The notes: generated by a model not told the origin, from the letters alone. Shown: positions 28,690 through 45,430, counted from the first letter of the stretch. The stretch is 64,000 nt of DNA from Octopus vulgaris (GCA_951406725.2 OX597815.1:63240001-63304000); one strand, 5' to 3'. A program made the numbers and translations.

Positions 28690-28910
28690 GTATTGCCCAC
28701 AAGGGGCTGAACATAGAGGGGACAAAAAGGACAGACAAATGGATTAAGTCGATTACATCGATCCCAGTGCGAAACTGGAACTTTATTTATCGACCCCGAA
28801 ATGATGAAAGGCAAAGTCGACCTCGGCGGAATTTGAACTCAGAACGTAACGACAGACGAAATACCGCTAAGCATTTCGTCCGGCGCTCTAACGTGTCTGC
28901 CAGCTCGCCG
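28690..28910 (-). mobile_element. tRNA-derived SINE with Deu/Nin-like central domain
   Basis: Minus strand gagttcaaattccgccgaggtcgactttgcctttcatc...ggggtcgataaataaag; degenerate plus-strand copies at about 30070-30300 and 30310-30460. Confidence 0.7.
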
Positions 28911-28915
28911 CTAGG

Positions 28916-29417
28916 ACTGTCACATTCTGTTGGCATATAAACGTTACTATCCGGTACTGTTACTGTATATCTCTCCCTCAGAGATTTAAAACAAGTTGTT
29001 TTTCTCTATACGAGATCAGCAATTGTGTGTCGCTTAAAAAATATATAGTATTTGCACTGCGGACCAGTAACATCCAGAAACCTAGGTCTGTGAGTATCAC
29101 AAAAGGTTAAAGATGGGAGCGATGTCCTCCCTTGCAAATGCTATACGAACACAAATTGTGTGGCGATAGCCAGCTGGAAAACATGTTTTCCTGGGACTAA
29201 AGCAACAGCAACATCGTCCTTCATAGCACTGCCACATTCTGTTGGAATATAAACAATGCTATCCGGCACTGTTGCTGTATATCTCTCACTCAGAATGTGG
29301 CAGTGCTATAAAGGACGATGTTACTGTTGTTTTAGTCCCAGGAAAACATCTTTTCCAGCTGGCTATCGCCACACTGTTTGATTTGCCTAATAGTGGTTTT
29401 ATCTCTAATTTAATATA

Positions 29418-29425
<8 letters not shown>
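28916..29425. repeat. Tandem (period about 312 bp) plus inverted repeat element ending in (TA)n
   Basis: 28916-28983 repeats at 29228-29295; 29291-29375 is the reverse complement of 29157-29240. Confidence 0.65.
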
Positions 29426-29484
<59 letters not shown>

Positions 29485-32266
29485 ATGTACATATATATAT
29501 GGCCTAAAATGATTAAAAAATGAAAAAAATGACAGAGATAAGTTTGGGAACAACAAACAGGGTGTATCAGTTTCACGCTGAGGAAAAGTGGAAGAAGTCT
29601 TTGATGTTTTGTGCATATGTTCTTTTACAGAAAAAGAATGAGGAGAGAAAAAGATGTAGAGAGGAAGATACATAGAAAAAAGGAGAATATGTGTGTGCGC
29701 GTGTGTGTGCATGTGTGTGTGTGCGTGTGTGTGAGAGAGAGTCTGTGTGTGTCTGTGTATGTGTGAGTCTGTGTGTGTGTGTACGTATGTACATATTCGT
29801 CTATGTTAGCATACTTAATGAATCGATACTGTTGATAGGCCAGTTACTGACGGGTTTGTCCTGATATAACATATTTAATGGAATTGCTGTCTGTAACGAA
29901 ATTTAACTCAGAGGATAGGCAACAATAGGATTTTTTTTTGATAAGTGACTTGCATAAAGTGGGGCGCCTTAAAATTACTCTGGGTTGATGAAAGAGAGTA
30001 CGAATGAAGAACTAGTATCAATTTCGTCAACAAACGCTATCTCTTAAATCCCCATCATCTGATGTTCCTGTAGCGACAGAATTGTTAGCGCGTGTGACAG
30101 AAAGCTTAGCATAATTTTTTTTTCGGGAGTTTACTTTCTGAGTTCAAATGCTACCGCAGTAAACTTTGCCTTTTATCTCCCCACCCCACCCCGCAGCCGC
30201 TAAAATAGAGAACCGGCCAAAATCTGAGGTCAAGGGTCTACACTAACCTTCCACTTAAAATTTCTAGCCTTGTACCCAAAATTTGAGATTATAGTTTTTA
30301 TTTAAAAAGGTATCGAATTGGAAGAATCATTCGTGCGATGGATAAAATGCTTAACGACACTTCCACTTTTTTGCGTTCACGGTTCAAACCTCGCTAAAAT
30401 GAACTTTGTCTTTCATCTTTTAGGGCTCGATAAAATATAGCTCCAATCAAGAAATGAGATCAATTACAAAAAATTTCGCTGATGTTGTGTCACAGAATGT
30501 TTAATTTGTTTGCAGTTCACTCAAGTTTTGAATAATAGATTTGTTCAGCAGTTTGCAGCCTGACATCTCTGCATTTTGTAATTCTTGAATTCTTGAATCT
30601 CTGATGTGCACCGGTTGCATGTCCCGTAAATATCTATATGAGGGATGACATACATTACAGCTAAGTTTCTGTTTCTATTCATAATAATCTTCCTTAAGTT
30701 CCAATGTTCTTCAACAGATAACGTTTTTCTCGTGAATACTGCAGAACGAATCTATTTTTTGTGTCCAAATTTGGATTGGGAAATATTTTGGTGATTAGTG
30801 TTAATACGTTTACTTCCATAGTTTTCAGTATAGTTACTTGAGGGTGGATTAAACCAGACGAAGGTTTCCTTATTTTTTTTTTATATATGATTCACTTGTG
30901 ATGCTTTGGTTATGTATTGTAATTTTTCTGCGAAATACTCGCTTATTGACCTCATTGTAGAATGGTAATTTAATCTGATGATAGTTTAAAGATTTTCTGG
31001 TTTATGCTGAGGATGACAGTCACGATAAAGTATGCGATTAGAGTTTGTATACAGCGACACTAAAATGTGATGTTTTCCTATAGTTAAGTTTGTGCGGATG
31101 ATTTTTTTTTTGAAGTTGCTCTCGTTGTGGCCCTTTTTTAGATATTTTTTTCTAAATGTGTTGAATTTGTGCCCGTCCGTGTTTATGAGAAAAGTTTACT
31201 TCATTTTCTGAGAATAGTTCTACTGAATATTGGTTGGATAAGTTTTTTTTTAGTTTTCTAGTATTTATAATGATACTACTTATAATGTGCCTGATTCATT
31301 GTAGCATCGTAAGAATAAAATCATAAAAATATTCGTTTTTTTTATATTTTGACACGTGACTGAATCAATCTTTAAGAAATTATCCAGAAAAATAAATGTA
31401 GCGATGTCAATGCAACTACAAACTGGATACTGAAGTAGGATGATCAACAAAATAGTCCACAAAAAGAGTAACTATTTACAGAAACCGTACATTAGATACA
31501 AAACCGCAACAGAGTATATGAACTGAATATTTAGTGACATCAGATTTACAGTACAGTAATTCATGAAATATTCAGAATTGAAGTTCTAACGAAACAGGAT
31601 ATGACAGCATAATCAACAAGCATTGACGAGATATTAAGTTGGTCTACGAAAAACGATGAATAAACTTCGTCAAAAGAGAATACGATTAAGCAATCAACAA
31701 GGGAAAGCATGACATCAACTGAATTGGCAATGTAAAGAGATGTAGAGTGAGACATTCTCTCTTTAAAAAGGATGCAATTATAAAATCAGCAAGTAAAGGA
31801 AGAGCAAAACATGAAATTGGTGACTGGTAATAAGAACCACGAAAATGGTAAACATGTTAATTAAAAATCAAAATGTCAAAGTAGATATATTGGCTAAGAT
31901 AAGCAATGAAAACAGAATACTCTGATTAACAAATGAAAGGACACAAGGAGATTACAAGCAATCAATGAAAATGATTGACATAGGTAAAAAAAAAAAATGA
32001 ACCAGCCCGAAGTACGTTACCCCAAATTCTCACCCGATCTCCGCAAAAGCGCGAAACACTATTGCGAAAGAATGGATTCCTTTTAAATAAGCAATATATT
32101 AAATATTAAATAAGTACTGTATTAAACACCCCTCATTTTCCCAAAATCTGTTTTATCCGAATACATACATAGAGATAGAAACAATGCGCTCACACACACA
32201 TACACACGTGCTCATACATAAACATACACGCGCACACACGCACGCACACACATACATACATATATG

Positions 32267-32307
<41 letters not shown>

Positions 32308-32778
32308 CTGTGTCTCTGTGTGTGTGTGTATACGTATATACAGCAGAGCAGTATTAACGGTCTACAGAAAACATTCCACTTTATACTTTATAAAACCTAC
32401 ACTTGTTTCCGCAAAAAACAGCCATGATTACATAATCAGTCAAACATTATATAATCTAGTTAAATACCTCACCAGAGTTTGCTACCACTATTCTTTATAA
32501 AACGAAACACCACAATTGTTTTCTATACTTTATTATTATTATTAGGTGGCTCATACTCCATAAAGTAGCCAATCCTGTGATTCGATACCCCGCATCGTAC
32601 AGGTGTGGTGTGTGAAACCTACTACTGAATCCAAATCCTCGTTATATGTCACGCTTTACACCGCCTTTATATTCTACCACACACAATTATGTGTATATGC
32701 ATTCTTGATCAAGGACTAGAAATTTCGACTCAAGACTTGCAGACTCAGATTTGAATGTTTCAGAAAAAATATATACAC

Positions 32779-32879
<101 letters not shown>

Positions 32880-33136
32880 GCGTGTGAGCATGTCAGTGTA
32901 TGTAGGTATATATTTATGTATATGTACGTATGTGTATGTCTGTGTGGAGAAAGAAAGACAGAGAGAGATAAGTAAAACAGAAAAAAGAGAGTGAGAAAAG
33001 TTACGGAATGTGTAATAGGGAGAAACAGAAGCTGATAGATAAATAGAGGAAGAGAGAGAGAAAGAGATTAAGGAAATATGTATACATACACAATACCTTT
33101 TCGTAAGTAGAGGTTGTCAGACCGACAGTGTGGAAG

Positions 33137-33179
<43 letters not shown>

Positions 33180-33382
33180 GTAGGAGAAAGGTATTTAAAA
33201 TCATACAGATGTACAAGATATAAGGAGAAATAGAGAGAGAGAGAGAGAGAGGAGGGAGAGACGGAAAAAGAAAGAAAGAGACAGATATTTAATTACACAA
33301 AGAAATTAATACGAACACACGGCTAGGTGAGTGTATATATGAGTATCTGTGTGCGTGTGTAAATGTGTGTGTCCATATATGT

Positions 33383-33427
<45 letters not shown>

Positions 33428-33823
33428 AACGCATACATGTATGTAGGTATGTATATATATATATATATATGTTTGTGTACATATGTGAATGTGCTTGTGT
33501 GCGTGAGCATGTATATGTGTGTGTATGTAGAGATACGGAGTGTTACGAAATGAAAAAAAGGGTAAATTGTACAAAGTGAGAGGGAGCAGGTGAAGGAGAG
33601 GAAGAGGGGAAGAGAATGACAGGGAGAGTGCGTGAGGAAAGTGAAAGAACGGAAGAAAGAGTGAGAGAATAAAGAATTCGAAGAAGGAGAGAGAATTGAG
33701 TGTGATGCATGCAATATTTCGTTGCTACTAGATTCTTTAGGCGAAAATCGATGGCATCTCATTAGGTGGAATAAAAAAAATAACAAAGTACAATATATGT
33801 GTATGTATACATATACATGTACT

Positions 33824-33856
<33 letters not shown>

Positions 33857-33910
33857 ATATATAATACAGGAATGTACATATGTGTGCGTGTGTATTTATA
33901 TATATATGTG

Positions 33911-33943
<33 letters not shown>

Positions 33944-33988
33944 ATACATACAGGAATGTACATATGTGTGCGTGTGTATTTATATATA

Positions 33989-34062
<74 letters not shown>

Positions 34063-34217
34063 GCGTATATATATATATATATATGTGTGTGTATGTGCGT
34101 GTATATATATGTCTGTGTGCATATATATATATGTATATATATGCATATATATGCATATATATGCATATATATGTACATATATATATGTATATACATATAT
34201 ATATATATATATATATG

Positions 34218-34268
<51 letters not shown>

Positions 34269-35032
34269 ATATATGCATATATATACAAATATGCGTATAA
34301 AATAACAAAGACTAATAACAAAATGTATATTAAAAAAAGAGCGAAAAATAAAAGGAGGTAAAGGAGGCAGAAAATGAGAAGAAATAAGAAATTGTAAGAA
34401 AGAAGGAAAGAAGAACGAGGAAATGGGTATGTGAGAACGAAATTAAGAGGATGAAGGCGGAAATTATGGCGCTTAGGTTTTTAAAATCGTTAAGCGTTGA
34501 GAAGTGTTGTATGTGTATGTGAATATGGGAATATAAATATATGTGTGTATGTGTGCGCATGTGTATGCGTGCGTGTGTCTGTGTGAGCAAGTACGTTTGT
34601 GTGTGTGTGTGGAGGTGTATATGTTGCTGGGTATATATGTGAGTTTGTGGAGTTATGGGAATAGACGTGTATGTATATGATTACATACGCTGACTCGCAG
34701 TAATTACACGTACATACATAGACACACAAATGTATGTGTGTATTTATGTATATGTACGTATATATGTGTGTGTGCATATATATATATACACACACATTAT
34801 GTATGTGTGTATATATATATATTTCAGTGCATACGCATATATTGAATTCAGTATGCTATGTGTATGAGATTACATAAATTCCCGCTCATACACAAATGTA
34901 CGTATATACACAAACACACACATACATGCACACACACACGCGCGCACAAACATTGATTTACAGACATTAACTATACATATATAACTGCGTATCTACCTAC
35001 ATACTTATGCAGACCTATATATATATATATAT

Positions 35033-35106
<74 letters not shown>

Positions 35107-35264
35107 GTATATGTATATGCATATATATACACACACATATATATGTTTATATATATGAATATATATTATATGTATATAAACATACACACATACATGCATA
35201 TAAATATATATATATAAGAATATATATGAATATATGTATATATATTATATATATATATATATAT

Positions 35265-35331
<67 letters not shown>

Positions 35332-35572
35332 TACACGCACATATCGAAATAAATACTGAACAAAACAATTGCAACCAACTAAAACACCGATATATAATTG
35401 TAATAAACAGAAAATATAGAAACAAAATAATAAATAAATAAACAATAAAGATAATAAAATATAAATAATCAGGTAAATTTCCATAAAAAATCGTTTGTGA
35501 GGTTGTAATATATTGAATGTAGTGGTGGTCGGAGGAGTAAATGGGGGAAAGAGCTAGGATATATATATATAT

Positions 35573-35632
<60 letters not shown>

Positions 35633-35743
35633 GTATATATATATGTATATATATATATGTATATAAATATATATATAGATGTAGATAGAGAGAGAAAGAA
35701 AGAAAGAGATGAAAAGAAAGGAAAAGTATATGTATATGTATGC

Positions 35744-35774
<31 letters not shown>

Positions 35775-35845
35775 GCATATATAAATATATATGTATGTAT
35801 ATATATATATATAGATAGATATAGAGGCATATATATATATACATA

Positions 35846-35894
<49 letters not shown>

Positions 35895-36163
35895 TTAATA
35901 AGGGTGAGAGAATTAGATACTAATTTAATAGTATATTTATTCCACACCAAGTGGCCTAGTGCTACGAGAAACCTGGATTATTATAATATTTTATAACATA
36001 TTATAATATTTTCACAAAATAAATATAAGAGAGTGGTCACTATATTGATCACTCTAGCACCAGTTAATCCAAAAGGTTTCAACCACGAAAATACATGTTT
36101 CCCATGAAAGCCAGTACGACTGTTAGCTCACACGGACAGGGCAAATAAAAAATAACAAAAATA

Positions 36164-36257
36164 CAGATTATTTTGGGACAATTGTTTCGCTATTAATGAA
36201 TTAAATGTAATATTACTTACAATAATCCATTTGTAGCTCGTCAGCCAAGACTATCTG
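36164..36257 (-). ncRNA. Type I hammerhead ribozyme, copy 1
   Basis: cagatagtcttgg-CTGACGA-gcta(41 nt)tagc-GAA-acaattgt-C-ccaaaataatctg; all core nucleotides canonical; GUC cleavage site with C17 at 36177. Confidence 0.9.
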
Positions 36258-36696
36258 GATGAAATCCACTCAATCACACGCCAGATTTTACCATAACGAT
36301 AAATACGCGTGTGGTTCAATTGATTACATCCGACGTTATAATTCAAATGCCCCAACCAACAGCGCGCCAAACTCTCACGGAAAACAAATACAGCATTTAG
36401 AAATAAATGCAGCATAATTATAATTAATTAATAAGGGTGAGAGAATTAGATACTAATTTAATAGTATATTTATTCCACACCAAGTGGCCTAGTGCTACGA
36501 GAAACCTGGATTATTATAATATTTTATAACATATTATAATATTTTCACAAAATAAATATAAGAGAGTGGTCACTATATTGATCACTCTAGCACCAGTTAA
36601 TCCAAAAGGTTTCAACCACGAAAATACATGTTTCCCATGAAAGCCAGTACGACTGTTAGCTCACACGGACAGGGCAAATAAAAAATAACAAAAATA

Positions 36697-36790
36697 CAGA
36701 TTATTTTGGGACAATTGTTTCGCTATTAATGAATTAAATGTAATATTACTTACAATAATCCATTTGTAGCTCGTCAGCCAAGACTATCTG
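36697..36790 (-). ncRNA. Type I hammerhead ribozyme, copy 2
   Basis: Identical motif 533 bp away; C17 at 36710. Confidence 0.9.
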
Positions 36791-37034
36791 GATGAAATCC
36801 ACTCAATCACACGCCAGATTTTACCATAACGATAAATACGCGTGTGGTTCAATTGATTACATCCGACGTTATAATTCAAATGCCCCAACCAACAGCGCGC
36901 CAAACTCTCACGGAAAACAAATACAGCATTTAGAAATAAATGCAGCATAATTATAATTAATTAATAAGGGTGAGAGAATTAGATACTAATTTAATAGTAT
37001 ATTTATTCCACACCAAGTGGCCTAGTGCTACGAG

Positions 37035-37084
<50 letters not shown>

Positions 37085-37634
37085 GCGCACATACATACAT
37101 GCATATGTATGTATGTATGTATGTATGAACCTATAAGGTGAGATAAACATATACAGAACAGAGTGTTATATATTGAAATAAATAAATACACACATATATA
37201 TACCCTTAAATAAATGATATACATATATGCATATATATATATATATATACTTATACACATAATTTACACAAACATTCATGAATACATGCAAACATACATA
37301 CATACATACATACATACATACATACATACATACATACATACATACATACATACATACATACGGACAGACTTAATTTTATCGTTATTTTATCAAAAGTTGA
37401 CAATCTTGTCTGAGTGTCAGTTGTGACTCTCGTCTGGGTGCAACAACTAGTGTCGTGAGCAACGTTGTGAATAGTACGACTTAGAGAAGACCGTCAGCTT
37501 CTGATATGATATCCACATCTCCCCCATTCTAAGCAGTATATCGAGCTATATATCAAATGATATCTGTTGTATCTAAAATAGCTTTCTCTACATTTCGTAT
37601 CGTATATAAGTTTATCTATGTGCAGATGTATGTG

Positions 37635-37790
37635 CGTGGTAAGAATATTGCTTCCCAACGACATGGTTCCGTGTTCAGTCCCACTACATGGCACCTTCGG
37701 TAACTGTCTTCTACTATAGCATCGGGCCGACCAAAGCCTTCTGAGTGGATTTGTGTGTGGATTTAGAAGACGGAAACTGAAAGACCGTCG
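37635..37790 (+). mobile_element. SINE 5' half
   Basis: Matches 10250-10392. Confidence 0.75.
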
Positions 37791-37807
37791 TGTGTGTATA
37801 TATATAT

Positions 37808-38765
37808 ATTTTTTTGTTTTACTAGTTTCAGCTCAGAGCTGCGGTCATGCTGATGCACCGCCGACTTGTGCTACACTGTTATTACGACGAACCTCGTCTA
37901 ATATGTGGCACTTGTGAAGAATGGAGTTTGATACAGCTACTCTCATTTGCACCTCTTGCCGTGAGGTAGGTTCATCTGGGACTCTTGACAGGAAGATGTC
38001 CAGCTTTGATTTAAAAACCTCTACATCTACTTTGTGCAAGTTCCTCAGACTCTTTGGGAGAATATTAAAAAGCTGTGGGCCCTTGAAACCCAGGCTGTTG
38101 CAGAAGCTGGTTCTGAAGCGTGATGGCATTGCTGGGATCTTTGGCACTATACAGTGTCGTCCCGTTCTAGCATTGGTGTAGCTTACAATGCCAAAATTTG
38201 GCATAATTCCTTCCAGGATCTTCCAGACATATATTACTGCATACCTCTCCCGTCTTCTCTCCAGGGAGTAGAGTCTTAGCTGTTTCAACCTTTCCCAGTA
38301 GCTGAGCGGTTGCAAAGAGACGATCTTCTTTGTGAATCCTCTCTGGATTGCTTCAAGGTCCGCTGTTAATTTTACACTGGTGGGTGACCATAGCTGTGAG
38401 CAGTAATCCAGGCGGCTGAGGACGAATGTCCGCCAGAGGACCATCATGGTTTCCTTATCTCTGGTTCTGAATGTTCTTAGGATCCAGCCAGCCAGTCGTG
38501 TGCATTTTGTCGCCATCCTGGTAATGTGCACTTGGAAAGAGGTATCATCACTCATGTCGATACCCCGGTCCCTCACAGACCTAGGCTCTGGGATTGAAAT
38601 TCCCTGTGGACCGGTGTATCCTGTAAGTTTAATATTCAGTTTTGGATGCTGGTAGCGCGGGGCCTGGAATTTTTCAGCATTAAACTGCATATTATTATCC
38701 TCAGCCCATCTGTAGACTGAGTCCAACTCCTGCTGCAGGTGTGCAACATCGCTGGGGTTCTGTAT
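37808..38765 (-). mobile_element. 5'-truncated CR1/L2-group LINE (RT C-terminal region)
   Basis: IQNPSDVAHLQ...WAEDNNMQFNAEKF...LDYCSQLWSP...LYSLERRRERY...VPDEP, closely similar to 55264-56145; flanked by (TA)n. Confidence 0.9.
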
Positions 38766-38781
38766 TTTTTTTGTATTTTTT

Positions 38782-38825
<44 letters not shown>

Positions 38826-39064
38826 GACCAAATACTCGAGAGTGAATATTTATATAGATATTATAATTGTTATTATTATCCAGGGTAATATAAATAGTTG
38901 ATCATAACAACAACAGTGTTATTATTCGAAGTTTAAATGAGAGTTTTAACTCTTATTTCTAGCAGGTAGGTACGTTTCTGTGCCCTTATGATATATATAT
39001 ATATATATACACATATATACATATATACATATATATATATACATATATATATATACATATATAC

Positions 39065-39110
<46 letters not shown>

Positions 39111-39310
39111 ATATATACATATATATACGTATATATTCATATATATATACATATATATATATATATCCATATATACATATATATATATACATATATATTC
39201 ATATATATATACATATATATAAATATATATATATACATATACATATACACATATATACATATATACATATATATATACATATATATACATATATATATAC
39301 ATATATATAC

Positions 39311-39341
<31 letters not shown>

Positions 39342-39362
39342 CATATATATATACATATTCAT

Positions 39363-39397
<35 letters not shown>

Positions 39398-39849
39398 GCA
39401 TATATATATATACATATATATATATACACTTCACTGACCCGCCAATACTTGGCACGCTCTCTTTCTTCTCCCCCTCATTAATTCCTTCTTTCTCTCTCTT
39501 CTCCCCTCCTTAATACCTTTGTTCCTCTTTTTGTCTCTCTTCTCCGTCTCTTTAATTCCTTTGCTCCCTTTTTTCTCTCTCTCTTCTCTTCTCACGTGAC
39601 CGGTGACTATAGCCTTTCCGCTTCTGACCAGCGCCACGACAACATCGTTTTCTTCGTCTGCCGTAAGGCATTACTTTTCAAATACGCCAGCTACGTTCAA
39701 CTGTCTAAAGTCGAAAGACGCCTGTTGTTTTGTCCTGTTATCATTATTATTATTGTTTTTGTATTTATATTCGCATTATTTTTTTTTTCTTGTATTTATA
39801 TTTGTGTAACATCGTCCGTTTTTCTGTCCTTGTTTCGTATACATTCGAT

Positions 39850-40265
39850 CCTTTTCCCAAGAAATCTGATGCTCGTAGCTTAGTTTTTCCTTGGGGCTGG
39901 CCAGATCAGAGCAATCTCAAGATTAATCAGCTGAAATTGCGAGGATGATCCGGTTCTTGACTGAAGATTAGAGGCTTCTGTTTTTTGTATCGTCTATTTG
40001 AATGTTTTGCGTTCTTGTCCCATTTTGTATTTATACATACATATATATATATATATATCTTGTGCGTTCACATTCCTGTCTTCTACCAAGAAATCTAATG
40101 CTTACAGCTTAGTTTTTTTTCTTGGGGCTGGCCGAGTTGGAGCAAATATCAGAATTGAACAGCCGAAATTTGCTATGATGATTCGGTGTCTGACTGAAGA
40201 TTGAAGGCTTCGAATGATTTGTCTGTATTCCGTGTTCGTCCCTTCCTGTATTTCACGTTCATTAT
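39850..40265 (+). repeat. Diverged tandem duplication (about 230-bp period)
   Basis: ccaagaaatct...agcttagttttt..cttggggctggcc...gactgaagatt occurs at about 39857 and 40086. Confidence 0.7.
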
Positions 40266-40282
40266 ATATAAAAACATTCATT

Positions 40283-40375
<93 letters not shown>

Positions 40376-40394
40376 GTATATATATATGTATATA

Positions 40395-40493
<99 letters not shown>

Positions 40494-40495
40494 GC

Positions 40496-42006
<1,511 letters not shown>

Positions 42007-42008
42007 AC

Positions 42009-42107
<99 letters not shown>

Positions 42108-42177
42108 CATATATATATATACATATATATACATATATATATATACATATATATATACATATATATATATACATATG

Positions 42178-42233
<56 letters not shown>

Positions 42234-42302
42234 TATATATATACATATACATATAAATATTTATATATATATATTAAATTTATATATATATGTATATATA
42301 TA

Positions 42303-42515
42303 TTTGTGTGTCTGTGTTTGCTCCCCTTCCATCGCTTGACAACCGATGTTGGTGTGTTTACGTCCCCGTAACTTAACGGTTCGACAAAAGAGACCAACAT
42401 AATAAGCACTAGGCTTACAAAGAATGAGCTCTGGGATCGATTTGTTCGACTAAAAACCACTCTAGGGTGGTGTTCCAGCTTGGCCTCAGTCAAATGATTG
42501 AAACTAATAAAAGAA
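42303..42515 (+). mobile_element. SINE 3' half
   Basis: Matches 10420-10625. Confidence 0.8.
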
Positions 42516-43058
42516 TGAAAAAGGAATACATATGTATGCATGATGTATGTATGTATGTTTGTCTGTGTATATATGTATGTATGTATATACATACGTGTGT
42601 TTGTATGTATATACATATGTATGTGCGTGTGTGTGTTTGTGTATGTATGTGTGTATTTGTGTTTGTATGTATGCATGTATGTATGTATGTACGTATGTAT
42701 GTATCGAACTGAAAGAATGAGTGCTCAACGCTACATTGCTGAATAAATATTCTAAATATTCTTTATTTGTGGGCAAACAATGCTACCATTTGTTTCATAC
42801 CGTAAGAAATCTGTCAACTATTATCAAGCCTCGACGATGGAGACAAGTACCAACGTTCCATTTGGCAGTCTTGATACTTGCAGAGAGATTTCTCTTGGCA
42901 ACCAAATAAAACAAAAACTGTGTGTATATATATATACATATATACATATATATATATATACATATATATACATATATATATATATACATATATATATACA
43001 TATATATACATATATATATATACATATATATATATACATATATATATACACATATATT

Positions 43059-43138
<80 letters not shown>

Positions 43139-43197
43139 CATATATATATACATATATATATACATATATATATACATATATATACATATATATATAC

Positions 43198-43230
<33 letters not shown>

Positions 43231-43324
43231 CATATATATATACATATATATATATACATATATATACATATATATATATACACATATATATATACATGCA
43301 TATATATACACATATATATATACA

Positions 43325-43605
<281 letters not shown>

Positions 43606-43779
43606 GTATATATATATGTATATATATGTATATATATATGTATATATATATATGTATATATATGTATATATATATATATGTATATATGTATATACATGTA
43701 TATATGTATATATGTATATACACACACACACAAAAACACACACAGACACACAGAGACACACACACACACACACCTCCAC

Positions 43780-43940
43780 AGAATGATCATAGAAAGTGTG
43801 ACCCCAAATGACATTTGCCAGGCCAACCTATGCACAACACACACTCAGTGACATTGAAATGGACAGCCAAAGTTCTTATAAAACCACAGGGGTTCCAGCA
43901 GACCAATGGAAATAACACTTCTTCACTCTCAGATATAAAT

Positions 43941-44028
<88 letters not shown>

Positions 44029-44235
44029 ACATATTTTCTCTCTGTCTCACTTCCTCCTCACCCACTACTACGAAACTATAAAAAGGTTCAAACTACCCAC
44101 AACTGATTTGATTTGAAAACCCACTAGAATGGGAGCAAGCGCTAATCCGAATGATATGATATATATGTAAAAAATGTAATATATAAATAAATATCTACAA
44201 ATATGAACCATCTGATCTGATTACCTCAATTTTTC

Positions 44236-44240
<5 letters not shown>
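43780..44240 (+). mobile_element. Degenerate PLE 3' end with hammerhead relic at 44110-44147
   Basis: gat-TTGAAAA-ccca ctagaa tggga-gcaa-gcgc-ta-atc; homologous to 26101-26290; remnant W...L..PQG endonuclease ending upstream. Confidence 0.55.
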
Positions 44241-44301
<61 letters not shown>

Positions 44302-44433
44302 AAAATAGTAAAGTGTGAAAAAACGACAGAAGGCTTAAATGTTAAAAAATATATATATTTGTGTCAAAATGTCTGGAGAATATTGGAAAAATTTTTTTCC
44401 TTTCCTTAAAATGACATAATTTTAAAATTTTTA

Positions 44434-44473
44434 AAGAAATTACCGGTTTCGCGTGTAGCTTTTCAAATTTCTT
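44434..44473 (-). ncRNA. Minimal type I hammerhead (U3-A8 variant), inverted copy
   Basis: Reverse complement of 47610-47649. Confidence 0.8.
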
Positions 44474-44610
44474 GTGACGTTATGTTTATATTGCATGGAA
44501 TTATCGTTGTTTTTATTTCCAGGAGATTTCTAAATAAGGGGAGGTAGTGAGTGATTTTTTCCGGTGTAGGGGAGATAATCGCTTAAAAATTTTTTTTTCC
44601 CATTTCCTTG

Positions 44611-45430
44611 TTAATTTCTCTGTGTCAGTATGTTCGGATGGTTGAGTCTGGGTTTGTACTTTTCAATGAAGAATGTTTCCTTGTTCAGTCTCATTTGTGT
44701 TGATGATCCGAAAGCACATTGGTAAAATGGGAAGATTAAAAATTGTGGCAGTAGTTGCTTTGCGCATTTCTCAATGTGCTCACTAAAAGGTATCATTCTA
44801 TATTCTGGGAATGCAATCTGTTGTCGATGCAGTGTGCATCTGCGCCTGAGTGATAGTCCCATGGAACCCACGTAGTCTTGGTGGCAGCCCGAGCATTTGA
44901 TAACATAAATTATGTTTTCAGAGGCACAAGTAAAGTTAGATTTGATCTTAAATTTCTGTCCCTCTTTAAAGAAGAATTCTGATCCTTCCAATAGGTTAGG
45001 ACATGTTGCACAGTTCGATCTACCACATTTTTTTACTTTTGCATCCGTAATTTTAGAAGACAATTTTGCCTTTGTGAGAATCTTTTTAAGTGATTTAGGC
45101 TGTTTGTAGCTTTTAATGATTTGGTGTATGTTTAGAATTTCCTTTAATTTTGGGTTTTTATGAAGTATTGGTAAATTCTGGGTGATGATGGTGAAGGCTT
45201 CTTTGTTTCTGGGGTTGTATGTAGATATGTAAGGTAGTATTTTCGGGGAAGGTGTGTTGTTGTGTTGAACTTTTCTTAAAGTTTCTATGTTGATTTCTGT
45301 TGCACGTCTGATCCCATCCTCTATGAGTTGAGCTGGGTAATGTCTGTCAATTAGGGTGTTTTTGAGTTCTTGCAGTCTAAAGTTCCTGGTATTTTGTTCT
45401 GACACTATTGTGCATATCCTTCTTGCAAGG
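44611..45430 (-). pseudogene. Inverted duplicate of the PLE C-terminal region (linker + GIY-YIG)
   Basis: Translation identical to the C-terminal part of 45449-47473. Confidence 0.9.

Larger units (their letters stand above)
35886..37037 (-). mobile_element. Head-to-tail array of a 533-bp non-coding hammerhead-containing monomer (about 2.16 copies), retrozyme/pLTR-like, inserted in (TA)n
   Basis: agggtgagag recurs at 35901, 36434 and 36967; copies appear identical by eye; one HHR per full monomer; no ORF in the track spans the monomer. Confidence 0.9.

Noticed and set aside
35886-37037. CRISPR-like or ordinary satellite interpretation
   Set aside because: No repeat-spacer alternation or cas genes; whole 533-bp units repeat and contain a ribozyme
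38960-38990. Partial hammerhead 3' half (gaaacgta) on the minus strand
   Set aside because: The 5' core box is missing; insufficient evidence
45356-45430. N-terminal 25 residues of the 705-aa track ORF
   Set aside because: Read from the antisense of the inverted arm; chimeric, not native PLE sequence
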